Below are positions 9,960 to 22,506 of a DNA stretch of 64,000 bases, piece after piece. The stretch is from Octopus sinensis (Eukaryota). The notes under the pieces were generated by a model. That model did not search any database and was not told the DNA's origin. It worked only from the letters and a program-made list of their open reading frames with translations. The position numbers and the translations under genes were made by a program. Numbering within the stretch: the first letter of the stretch is position 1; every line of letters begins with the position of its first letter. The stretch spans positions 18,537,360 to 18,601,359 of the forward strand of contig NC_043019.1 in NCBI RefSeq assembly GCF_006345805.1, in the 5' to 3' direction.

Positions 9960-12792
9960 TTGTTATCTTGCATGGATGCCCAGAAGACGACCCGCAAGGA
10001 GAAGAAGGGTCTGGAGACTTAAAGATCCTGCTAACGGACATAGATTTAGAGACATATTACTCGGAGCCTTTGACGAAATAGAAGCGGATATAGCTTCACA
10101 TGGTATAGAAGAGAACTGGAGGTTCCTACGGGACAACCTGCTAAGGGCCACCGACCAGCTCTGTGGATGGTGCAAAGTCCCCTCTCAACCCAAATTAACG
10201 TGGTGGAACAATGTTGTTTATAAGGCTATTAGACAAAAGAGACAGGCTTGGAAGGACTTGAAGAACGGTGGTAGCAGGGAAGTGTATCAGACTGCCAGAA
10301 GGGAAGCTAGGAGGCAGGTTTATTTAGCCAGAGGGGAAGCAGATAAGAAAAAATTTACCAATGTTCTGTGCTGTGAGGACCAAAGACTTGAGGTATTTTG
10401 TGTTGCAAAGACAGTGAGTGAGAGAGAATCGTGATGTGGTAGGAGAGAAATGTGTTCACATGGAAGACGGGTCACTTGCGCTAAATGAGGATGCAAAGAG
10501 AGAGGTTTGGAGACGCCACTATGAAAGGTTGCTGAATAAAGAAAATGAATGGGATAAAGAGAGTCTGCTGAATGTCGACCCAACAGAGGGACCAGCTATC
10601 CGAGTTGACAGTTCCATGGTAGTTAAGGAAATTAGAAGTATGAAGACAGGGAAAGCCCCAGGCCCATGAGGAATCACTGCAGAGATGCTCAAAAATATAG
10701 GGAAGTGTCAGCTATAGCCTAGTCACTCATATAGTTAACCAGATGATACACGAAGGAGTCATACCCAATGACTGGTGTAGCAGTGACGCCCTAGATACAA
10801 ATAATTACAGAAGTATCAAGCTGTTGGATCAGGTAATGAAGGTTATGGAGAGGGTCATAGCCCAACTAATTAGAGAGAGAGTTAGTTTAGATGAGATGCA
10901 GTTTGAGTTCGTGCCAGGGAAAAGCACCACTAATGCCATATTTCTGGTAAGACATCTGCAGGAGAAATATCTAGCCAAAGATAAACCCCTGTACCTGGCT
11001 TTCGTTGACATGGAGAGAGCTTTTGATAGGGTCCCCCCATTCCTTATCTGATGGTCAATGAGGAAACTAGGGATAGATGAATGGTTAGTGAGAGCTGTGC
11101 AAGCCATGTACAGGGAGGCTGTAAGTAAGGTTAGGGTTGGCAACGAGTACACTGAAGAATTCAAGGTAGAGTTTGGGGTCCAGTCCTCAGCCCCCTCCTA
11201 TTTATCATAGTCCTCCAGGCAATAACAGAGGAATTCAAGATAGGATGCCCCATGGGAGCTCCTCTATGCTGACGACCTTGCTCTAATTGCTGAGTCACTA
11301 TCAGAACTAGAGGAGAAGTGTGGAAACAAGGATTAGAATCGAAGGGCCTTAGAGTCAACCTGACTAAAACCGAAGTCCTAATAAGTAGGAAGGTTGGCAA
11401 ACCACAAATGCCTTCAGGTAGATGGCCCTGCTCGATCTGTAGTAGAGGCGTAGGTGGAAGCTCTATAAGATGTACCCAGTGGAAGACTAACTGGGAAGAT
11501 AGCTTTTGTATGTGGCAGATGCTCAGGTGCAATAAACACTGACAATGCGCAGGGAACAACTTCCGCCACATTCCAGGGGGAAAAACTAGAAATAGTTGAT
11601 AGCTTCCGTTATCTAGGTGACCAACTCAGTAGCGGAGGAGGGTGCGCTGAAAGTGTAGCTGCTAGAATAAGTATAGCTTGGGCAAAGTTCAGAGAGCTCT
11701 TACCTCTGCTGGCGACAAAGGGCCTCTCGCTCAGAGTAAAAGGTAGACTGTATGATGCATGTGTACGAATAGCCATGTTACATGGCAGTGAAACATGGGC
11801 TGTGACTGCTGAGGACATGCGTAAGCTCACAAGGAATGAAGCCCGTATGATCCAATGGATGTGTAATGTCAGTGTGCATACTCGACAGATTGTAAGTACC
11901 TTGAGAGAAATGTTGGACCTAAGAAGCATTAGATGTGGTGTGCAAGAGACACGACTGCGCTGGTATGGTCATGTTGCGAGAATGTATGAAGATAGTTGTG
12001 TGAAAAAGTGCCACACCCTAGCGGTTGAGGGAATCTGTGGAAGACCTGGGAGGAAGTGGTGAAGCACGACCTTCGAACATTAGGTCTCACCAAGGAAACG
12101 ACTAGCGACTGAGACTTTTGGAAATATGCTGTGCTCGAGAAGACCCGGCAAGCCAAATGAGACCATAACCCGTGGCCTATGCCAGGAGCGTAACCAGCCC
12201 GCTTATGCGTACCTTTTCCTTCCTTCTTTGGTCACTAAACTCTGCTGGCAAAGACCTGTTGAGGCAAGTGAAATCAAAATCAAAATCAATTCGATGACTG
12301 GCATTTGTGCTAGCAGGGTGCAAAGAACACCATACGAGTGTGATCGTTGACAGAGTGGCTATTCGAGTGTGATCGTTACCAGCGTCGCCTTACTGGCACT
12401 TACGCCTGTGCTAGTAGGGTGCCAAGAGCACCAGCTGAGCGTGATCGTTGCCAGAGCAGCCAACTGGCTTCCGTACCCGTGGCACGTAAAAGGGAACCAT
12501 TCGAGCCTGATCGTTACCAACGTCGCTTCACTGGCACCTGTGCAAGTGGCACGTGTAAAAAGATTCAAGCGAGATCATTGCCAGTACTGCCTGACTGGCC
12601 CTCGTGCTGGTGGCACGTAAAAAGCACGCACTACACTCTCGGAGTGGTTGGCGTTAGGAAGGGCATCCAGTTGTAGAAACTCTACTAGATCAAGATTGGA
12701 GACTGGTGCAGACATCTGGTTCGCCAGCCCTCAGTCAAAATCGTCCGACCCATGCTAGCATGGAAAGCGGACGTTAAACGATGATGATGATG
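9960..12792 (+). mobile_element. RTE-clade LINE, 5'-truncated, frameshifted RT
   Basis: KAPGP, NYRSIKLL, LAFVDMERAFDRVP, LLYADDL, LHGSETW motifs; 3' UTR with tandem repeats; ends GACGTTAAAC(GAT)n. Confidence 0.93.
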
Positions 12793-12815
12793 GTATATAT
12801 ATATATATATATATA

Positions 12816-13138
12816 GGCATAAGCGTGGCTGTGTGGTAAGAAGCTTACCGAAGACCTATGAGGGGATTTGTAGACGGAAATTGAAAGAAGTCTGTCATAT
12901 ATATGTATGTATATATTTGTGTTTGTATGTTTGTATTTGTCCCTCTACCATCGCTTGACAAGTGATGCTGGTGTGTTTATGTCCCTGTAACTTAGTGGCT
13001 CAGCAAAACAGTCCGATAGAATTAGTGCTAGGCTTACAAAGAATAAGTTCTGGGGTCGATTTTTTCGACTAACACTCTTTAAGGTGGTGTTTCAGCATGA
13101 CCGCAGTCAGATGGCGAAACAAATGAAAAGAGTAAAAA
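12816..13138 (+). mobile_element. tRNA-derived SINE (same family as 42038-42450)
   Basis: gtggctgtgtggtaagaagctt head; shared body ...aagaataagt...ggtcgattt...cagcatgaccgcagt. Confidence 0.7.
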
Positions 13139-13144
13139 GATGAA

Positions 13145-13148
<4 letters not shown>

Positions 13149-13213
<65 letters not shown>
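13149..13213. repeat. (GA)n microsatellite
   Basis: Pure GA run. Confidence 0.98.
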
Positions 13214-13220
<7 letters not shown>

Positions 13221-13660
13221 TAAAAGGAGAGAGGTAGATATATAGATAGATATTTATACATTTAAGAATAAGGCTAAGGACTTTGCAGACTTACCGTTTA
13301 ATTAGAAAGTTGTTTGTTATATTTTTGAGTACAGTCTAAGGAATACGTTACACTGATGCTACGGCAGAAAAGGTGGATTTTGTCATCAACTGTGACACAT
13401 CAGCAAAGGTGTGTGTGTGTGTGCGCACTCGTAATGTCTGTTATAATAGCCATTAGTAATTTATCATCAGTTGAAAATTCAATAGAAAATCCCACCAAAC
13501 ACTTGTTTACTAGCTGCAATTATATATTTATGCCTGTTTACTTATCTATATCTTTCTTTAACGCTTTGTTAAGAACAAACGGGTAATCTGCAGAGTTGGA
13601 GTAATAATAATTCACTCATAGAGCTATTTACTTTTCTTTTTAGACTGGCATGGTTTAGAG

Positions 13661-14007
13661 CAGTGGATCTTAACCTAGATGATAGCGCCAGTTTTGGAGC
13701 GTTGCGAGTTCACAGAGGCTCAAAAAAAAATGTGAAGTAGTTACTACAGGGTCGCTGAAGAAATATTTTAACAAATACAGCACATTCGTTTAAACACATT
13801 TTCGAAATAGTTGCAAGAATTGGGATATGAGAAGAACAGTGTAATCAGAAATATGGCTGATGAGTTTCAAGTTCCAAAATAATAAGTCTTCTCTTTCTTT
13901 CAGAATTTCTGTACAAATTCAGCATAAGAGCACACTACTTCATGTAAAATATCTAAAACGATGCACATGCACGGCGGACCTACTGTAAAAACTTATGGAC
14001 ACCACTG
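13661..14007. mobile_element. Possible hAT-type MITE
   Basis: Starts CAGTGG and ends CCACTG; no clear 8-bp TSD. Confidence 0.3.
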
Positions 14008-17000
14008 CGCAAAATTGGGTTCAATTTGATTACAATAATCTTTATTTTTTTGTAAAACGGTGGGAAAGACATTTGTCAAATACCAGCTACAAAATATTGT
14101 GAATCTGTTTTCTAAAGGAAGGGGTTGTTTTCATGGCCTTTGAGGTCAACATGGTTACTGTTTCTTAAAACATTTGAAGTTGATGGCAAGAAGAAAAACG
14201 TGTAATTATTCAGTTATTTCAGAGATTTTAATATGGGCTACCACATTATGAAAGACACATATAAGAGAGTTTAGTGAGTCTGGAGAGGGTTAATGTAGGT
14301 GGTGAGAGACCAAACAACTTCCAGAAGTAGACACCATTGCAATGGTAGTAACAAAGGTAGATAGTGAGGAAAGGGAACTTTCGTGTGTCAGAAGTTGTAG
14401 TGCGTTTATGGACAACTTCATGTTCATCAATCTTGGTGTTGTACAGCCTCAGTTGAGATCTGGTCCAGCAAACTTTTGACACACAGATAGTAAACCATCA
14501 ATTAGGTTCGATTCACAAATGTGTTGCACCAGATATACCATGGTTCTGTCTGGCTAACGGGTATACATTTTACATTGATATGAAGTGACCAAACACTTTC
14601 AACTCACAATGTGGCTGGTCAAAGTGAGGCACTATAGAAGATACCTGCTAAGGCTGCCATACAGCTAGTTCGAACTCAGAACCACCTAGATGTGAATTTA
14701 AACTTTTAACCACATAGGCATGTTTGTGTTCCTTCAAGTGATTTATGTCTATATCGTTAATCAATAGTTTAGGTAGAAGATTTTGCTATCGTTAAGCCCA
14801 ATGTCAGTTTTGATAGAGCAGACCTGTGATCAAAGGCGTTCCAGCCATCACCAGCCTTTCTGTTTTCAGGCATATTTATCTAAGACTGCATTATCCTATT
14901 TCTCTTTTCTTTTTTAGGATAGTAGGGTGTGGTTTGAGGGAGATTTTGCTCTGCTTTCTATCAAGTGACCACTTACAAGCATTATACTTACGTTAGTTGA
15001 GTAGGGGAAAAAAGTGAAGACTACACCAAAACAGGTAACATCTGGTAAGAATACATTGTTAAATATATTTATATTGTATATTCGATGCTGACTGGTGTCA
15101 TAAAATGATGAATTGCTACTAATAAAACAGTTGTTAATCTATAAAGTTACTAAGACATAATGTAATGAAGCTAACACATGGAACATATTTCTTATTGTTC
15201 TTGGTGACTTTTATCTTTTGTAAGTCTTTGTAGCTGTCTTACTCTTTCCCACATTCTTGCCGCTGGTGTCGCCAGTGCAAAACCTGAATCTTTTCCACAC
15301 CCCAACTCCCTTCGTCGATTTGTCTCATCCCATATACGCATCCCTGATTGACTCTCAGATACTCCAAGTACTATGATTTCTTTCTCACCTGCAACTACCG
15401 GGTCATCCGTTACTGCCTCGTTGTAGTTAGCCAGCACATTCTTATATCATACATCATCCTTACAGTTTGGGTGGTGTTTACCAAGCACTACATCTTCAAG
15501 GTCACTTCCCAAATCGCAAAAGGTAATTTAGTGCATTGTATGTCCCTCAAGCTATTTTGCCATCTAAACTGTACCCGATCCTTTTAGTCCCACCCACAAA
15601 AGTGGAGAAGTATACATTTTTAATCAGCTTACGTACATTCGGATCCATTGGTATTATATAATTCTGGGATTAATTCAATAAGCATATTGATCAATTCATA
15701 TTCATTTATGCTAAATTTACTTGGCTAAAAGAAGCTTGGCTGAAATTATAGCAGTACGTAACACAAAGAAGTTTCTTGAAGTGAATTTGGCCAACTCATT
15801 TAATAACTGTAATATGGATTGTAGTAGCAACAATAACAATAATATTGGCAATAATAATATTAACCACAGTGGCAATAGTAAGGAAGATAATATTTTAGTA
15901 ATGATAGTGGTACTAAAGGTCATAGTACTAGTAATAATGAGGTTAAGGAAAGTAATGATAAAAAACTACAAAGGATTACACGTAATAATACCGAAGTAAC
16001 AAGCATGAATTATGAAAGCATATATATCGGATGTGTCGTATCTTAATGTAGATGGGACTACTTGCTAAACACCTAATATAGATAGAATGTGAAATTTTTT
16101 AATAAGTCTCTTAATTACAGGCTAAACCGTTTATATAGCTATAAAGCAAATCGCCTAAAATGTCCACTAAGAAAGAACTTAGTGTACAAATGCTCATTAA
16201 CAACAGGGAACCTACTTACTATCACTTAGGTTTTTATGCAACTGTTACATGATCACATCACTTCGTTCAAATTTAGGAAAAAAAAGAAAACATCATTTCT
16301 CTTCAAAAAATTCGTCCGGAGCCTAAAGGAGAGGATTGTTAGGTATGATATAAAATTATCTATAACAAGTAAAGTTCTGCCATATAATGATGGTGAATTA
16401 ATGATCTGTTTTGAAATTTCAGCTGTTGAAAATTCTGTGGATTACCCAACAAGTCGTTGTTCACTTGTTTACATGGCTGCTTGATGAGCTTGGAAGTTAT
16501 ATACTGTGTTGCGTACTCTAAATGATACATCAAAAAAAAAAAACTCCTAGTGAAACAATTGTAGCAATGCTTGAAAACCAATTCGTTTGTTTTATCTGTT
16601 ACACCACATTCAAGGTTCCACTCTTGGAATTGCGAAGTACCTAACACTGACTTTACTTCATCAATACTTTATATGCTTGGATAACAGATTACTTCACTAT
16701 CTTCTCTGGGTGCTTCTGTCAAGTTAATTTGTTGCATTTTTCACTTTGATAAGCCTTGATCATCAATGAATCTATTGTATATATATATATACATACATAC
16801 ATACATACATACACACACACATATATACATGTGTGTGTGTGTTTGTCCCTCTCTCTCCCTCACTCCTCCTCCCTTGTTCACATGGTTCATACGTGACCAT
16901 CAGCTATCTTTCTTTCTACTCCTAATTTGTGTTTCTTTCTCTCTGTTGTAGCTGAAACAAGGAAGACATGTTCTTGTCAGTCTCCTGTCCAAGTTTGATT

Positions 17001-17049
17001 TATGTGTTCACCATCACAACCTCATTTGCCAAGTGTGCGATAAATAACA

Positions 17050-17304
17050 CAAGAGTTAAGGAATAGAGTATGGGAAATTCGGGCTACATATGTTTCATAG
17101 CGACTGGAACCTCAGAAGTGGTAAAATCCAAGTGAGGTGTATACCGGCGGATACTTTTCAGTAGCCTTTAATCCAATCAAGATATCCTTGGCCTAAACAG
17201 TAGCTGATGGTATACACCATACTTGGATTTTACCACTTCTTAGGCTCCATTTGCTATGAAATATATATAGCCCAGATTTCACAAACTCCATTCCATAACT
17301 CTTG
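17050..17304. repeat. Inverted repeat with hammerhead 3'-half motif
   Basis: Arms about 17050-17145 and 17209-17304; minus arm has GAAA catatg TA gccc. Confidence 0.65.
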
Positions 17305-17306
17305 TA

Positions 17307-17344
<38 letters not shown>

Positions 17345-18553
17345 ATCCACCATATGAGAGGCAAAAATACATGTTTGTGTGAGAGTGTGGTTCTGAGTGT
17401 ACATTAGATTTGTTTCTCAAATTATGGTTATATTATATTGAATATATATTATATATACATATGCAGATACATACACAGGCAAATATGCAAGATATCCTTG
17501 ATATACAAACCATCAAAGAAGCCTCTGCGGGATCACTAGATATGTTAGAAATAACAGACTCATGTCCCTCACAAGACATTGTGAGACATAGACATAGGTT
17601 AAAGAAAGGTGAGACAATTTTGACTGAAAAACCATGCAACCACACACCTGCTGTGTACGAGTTTCAAATTGACCTTGCACATAATCACTCTATCTGTGGA
17701 AAGAGTAGGAAAATCTCTTTCAAATTACATTCTTTCAGAAGGATATAATGATGTCGTGGTTATAATATTTTGGGTGGTTGGGGAAAATGGTCTTTTGATT
17801 CAGGTTAGTTATGCTGCTAAAATATCACCAGATGTAGAGAAAATTATTGAATGGTAGAGTGACTGTAACATGTTGAGATTATTACACTGTGCCACATACT
17901 ATTCTTTGCTTCATGTTACTGTGTAAAGAAACAGCTTGGTCTGTGGACAGAGTACAAAGTTTCAAAACTGAAACACTACACCCAATACAATGTTATTTAA
18001 TGTGTAAATGTACTGAATTGTCTCGAGCTAGACAGTGACACGATATATCTATTGGTGAGAAATCTTTTTATTCGGCTGATAACTTAACTGCAACAACAAG
18101 TATCTTGCAAGTCCCTAAGTATGTGAATTCTCCCACTCCCCTGGCTCATTACAGCTGCTGCCTCAACTAAGCTAATTCTAAAACATGTCAGTTGGTAGAT
18201 AGACATAAATTTATAAGTACATATGGTAAATCGCTGTTTGAAATACATCATCTGATAATTTATAGAACGCAAACTACTGATGGCGAAATGTTAACAGAAA
18301 ACACATACTACTCGCGCTCGTAGATTTTCACATGTACTTACATGCATAAGCAGGCATATACACACATAGATGCACACATAAATGCACACATAAATGCAAT
18401 TCTTCCTTACTGCCATAATATCTGTCTAACATATCCTTTATGCTGTACCAAGAACTAGCATATACAATTTTTTTACTGAAAGGTAAGTCAGCAAGTTTCT
18501 AAACTACATTTGTAAGGACTTATATATACATACATATATAATATAAAGCAGTT

Positions 18554-18625
18554 TGGAGATGCCGGGGATCGAACCCAGGGCCTTTTGCATGCTAAGCGAA
18601 TGCTCTATCATTGAGCTACATCCCT
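18554..18625 (-). tRNA. tRNA-Ala(AGC), probably a pseudogene
   Basis: 72-nt cloverleaf AGGGATGTAGCTCAATGATAGAGCATTCGCTTAGCATGCAAAAGGCCCTGGGTTCGATCCCCGGCATCTCCA; G3-U70 Ala identity pair and TTCGA loop present; A1-C72 mismatch, lost D-loop GG, anticodon-stem mismatch. Confidence 0.85.
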
Positions 18626-18736
18626 GTATGCGTGTTAACTACATCCCAAAGATGGAGCCTTGTATCTGTTGGAAACCAGCTCCCTCCTCAATGGAATATT
18701 TATAGTAATTAAAAAATATAAGAGACACACACATAC

Positions 18737-20571
18737 ATCATCATCGTTTAACGTCCGTTCTCCATGCTAGCATGGGTTGGACAGTTCGACCGGGGATCTG
18801 GGAAGCCAGAAGGCTGCACCAGGCTCCAGTCTGATCTAGCAATGTTTCTACAGCTGGATGCCCTTCCTAACGCCAACCACTCCGTGATTGTAGTGGGTGC
18901 TTTTTACGTGCCACCGACACAGGTGCCAGGCGAGGCTGGCAACGGCCATGATCGGATTGGTGCATTTTACGTGCCACCGGCACGGAAGCCAGTCAAGGCG
19001 GCGCTGGCATCGGCTACGATTCGGATGGTGCTTTTTACGTGCCACCGGCACGGAAGCCAGTCTAGGCAGCGCTGGCATCAGCCACATTCAGATGGTGCTT
19101 TTTATGTGCCACCGGTACAGGGATCACAACTGCAGTTTCCATTGATTTTGATGTTGGTGTACTTGACTCAATGGATCTCCTCAAGCAGGGTAGAAATGGT
19201 GTTTCTTCACTTGCCACCTGCACAGGAGTAAGTCCAGCGGTCCTGGCAACTGCCGGGTGCTAGTCATAGGATTGGTTCAATTTCGATTCCGATTTCACTT
19301 GCCCCAACAGGTCTTCGCAAGCAGAGTTTAGTGTCCAATGAAGGGAGGTTGGCATGGGTGCCTGTCGTCGGATGAGGTTCGATTTCGACTTCGCTTGCCT
19401 CAACAGGTTTTCGTGTGTCCAAGGGAGAAAAGGCATTCATAAGTGGGCTGGACTCACTTGTCCTGCCGGGTTTTCTCACGCACAGCATATTTCCAAAGGT
19501 CTCGGTCGCTAGTCATTGCCTCGGTGAGGCCTAAAGTTTGATGGTCGTGCTTCACCACCTTGTCTCAGATTTTCCTGGGTCTACCTCTTCCACGGGTTCC
19601 CTCAACTGCTAGAGATTGGCACTTTTTCACACACCTATCTTCATCCATTCTCGCCACATGACCATACCAGCGCAATCGTGTCTCTTGCACACCACAGCTG
19701 ATGCTTCTTAGGTCCAACATTTCTCTCAAGGTACTTACACTCTGTCGAGTATGCACACTGACATTACACATCCATTGGAGCATACTGGCTTCATTCCTTG
19801 CAAGCTTATGCATGTCCTCAGCAGTCACAGCTTATGTTTCACTGCCATGTAGCATGGCTGTTCGTACACATGCATCATACAGTCTACCTTTTACTCTGAG
19901 CGAGAGGCCCTTTGTCGCCAGCAGAGGTAAGAGCTCTCTGAACTTTGCCCAAGCTATACTTATTCTAGCAGTTACACTTTCAGCGCACCCTCCTCCGCTA
20001 CTGAATTGGTCACCTAGATAACGGAAGCTATCAACTATTTCTAGTTTTTCCCCCTGGAATGTGGCGGAAGTTGTTCCCTGCGCATTGTCAGTGTTTATTG
20101 CACCTGAGCATCTGCCACATACAAAAGCTATCTTCTCAGTTAGCCTTCCTTTGACATTGCTGCACCTCTTATGTGTCCATAGCTTACACTGGGTACATCT
20201 TATAGAGTTTCTACCTACGCCTTTTCTACAGATCGAGCAGGGCCATCTACCTGACGGCGTTTGTGGTTTGTCTACCTTCCTACTTATTAGGACTTTGGTT
20301 TTAGCTAGGTTGACTCTAAGGCCCCTCGGTTCTAAACCCTCCTTCCACACCTGAAACTTCTCCTCCAGTTCTGATAGTGACTCAGCAATTAGAGCAAGGT
20401 CGTCAGCATAGAGGAGCTCCCAGGGGCATCCTGTCTTGAATTCCTCCGTAATTGCCTGGAGGACTATGATAAATAGGAGGGGGCTGAGGACTGAACCCTG
20501 GTGGACCCCAACCTCTACCTTGAATTCTTCAGTGTACACGTTGCCAACCCTAACCTTACTTACAGCATCCC
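18737..20571 (-). mobile_element. RTE-clade LINE, 5'-truncated
   Basis: GVHQGSVLSPLLF, LLYADDL, LHGSET, LRWYGHV motifs; same 3' UTR and tail as 9960-12792. Confidence 0.93.
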
Positions 20572-21479
20572 TAGAATTGTCTTAGATAATTTAAAAGGGT
20601 AAAAAATGCTTTGAAAGCTGAAATGATGCATGTTAGATATTTTTTCAGTCTTCTCCATTTCACTATAATAAACCTCCACGTGATTAGATGTCAGCCGATA
20701 TTCACTATATTTCGTGGTTCACATGAATATCTATACTTTATCAGACCGATTTCTATCTTTCAAACATACCTATCTGTTTACACCACTTGATCAGTATGGT
20801 ATATTATACTGAAATAGCGAACACTATTTTTGGCTAAAATGTATTGCTTTAGCTTCCGTAAAATTCAATATTTCTTATTTGTTTCTTTGATTACTACCAA
20901 TACTTTATCAATGCAAACTTACACACACACCTCACTATGAAATGGGATTTTTTGTATTCTTTTTAGTTTGGCTACGAGGCAGTAACGTGACTCAGTAGAA
21001 ACGTCTGTTGATGCACAGTCTCTCTGTTGAAGACAAGCATGAGTACAACTACAATCATATGATATTTTATGAACATAATAAATAACCTAATGGTTACCAT
21101 ATTCACACCAGAGCGGAGGTTACAAGGTTCAATCTATCCAATAAGAGATTAACAATAGAAGAATGTGTGTTACTATTCCTAGTGTAAGGATAGTATGTAG
21201 TCAAAGAAAATCAACATCAAGGCAGGACCAACAAAGGGTGATCTTACACTGCATTCTAGATATTATTATCAATAAATCTAACTGCTTTCGCTTAAAAGTA
21301 TTTGTATTTTGTGTAGCTTTGGTACCATCAAGCAAACCATTGTTCATAAAATATGCACCAAATTAAATATGTTCTTCGATCTATTTAGGCTAATCATACC
21401 AATGAATGTTTTGTTCTGGTTTCTATTCTCTCTGCCATTCTCTTCGAAGTTAGTCTTTTTCCTCAACAAGAAAGGCATA

Positions 21480-21900
21480 TACATATCAATTTGGTGCTTA
21501 TGAGCAAATAATGATAGCTTTTCTTATTCATTAGGAAGATATTTGAAACCTTGTATTTTTTAAAAAGAAGACTTTTTAGAGGTGTATGCTATTCGATGTG
21601 TTCCTTCCAATATTCTCAAGAACATTTTTGATACAGTAAAATTTTGTCTATAAAATAATTGTATTTATTGCACCATACCACATTTGAATATATGAATGTC
21701 AGATATATCATCGAACTGTAGTGAGATAGTAATGGTCTATTATTTACATAGGGTCTAATCTTGAAAGCAATACCCATGAGACTGGACAATATATATTGAA
21801 ATCCCCACTATTATTTTTTCCAATTTAGATCTTCATTTATTGCTATACCCAAAAACTTCATACAATCCACCATCTTAAGAGCAGCACTATTTCTCATCAA
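21480..21900 (-). mobile_element. Old LINE RT C-terminal remnant
   Basis: KFLGIAINEDLNWK resembles the KFLG..D..L.W motif of CR1/L2/Jockey RTs. Confidence 0.4.
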
Positions 21901-22421
21901 TTGTTTGACCATCTCTGGAGCATTTTGCTGATTAGTTTTATCAGCATTGATCGAAAGTTTATATATATATAGAGAGAGAGACATACACTTATACGCACTT
22001 ATATACACACACACACACACACCACATATATATACATACACACTCATATGTAGACACGCGCACGTACAAATACTTCCACACACAAGACCTCATGCACATA
22101 TATACGCACACACGTGTGTGTGTATACATACATACATTCATACATACTTTTATATATATGTACATACAATAATTGACGCATTAGTTTTCGTTAATAAATG
22201 CTTAAAGGGGAATCTGGATAAACTGGGATTTTCAGAAAGACAAATTGACCGGCTAATTCATACAAGTGCAATCTGTGAGTGGAACAGTAAAAATATACAA
22301 GATTTTTTTAAAGTTCCAAATATGAATTTGTCTGTGTTAACTACATCCCAAAGATGGCGCCTTGTATCTTTGTTGGAAACTTCCTCAGTGGAAGATTTAT
22401 AATAATTAAAAAGTAGAAGAG

Positions 22422-22500
<79 letters not shown>

Positions 22501-22506
<6 letters not shown>

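Noticed and set aside
12280-12630. Repeat-spacer-like array resembling CRISPR
   Set aside because: Degenerate tandem units of the RTE 3' UTR; 'spacers' are homologous to each other, no cas genes, eukaryotic context
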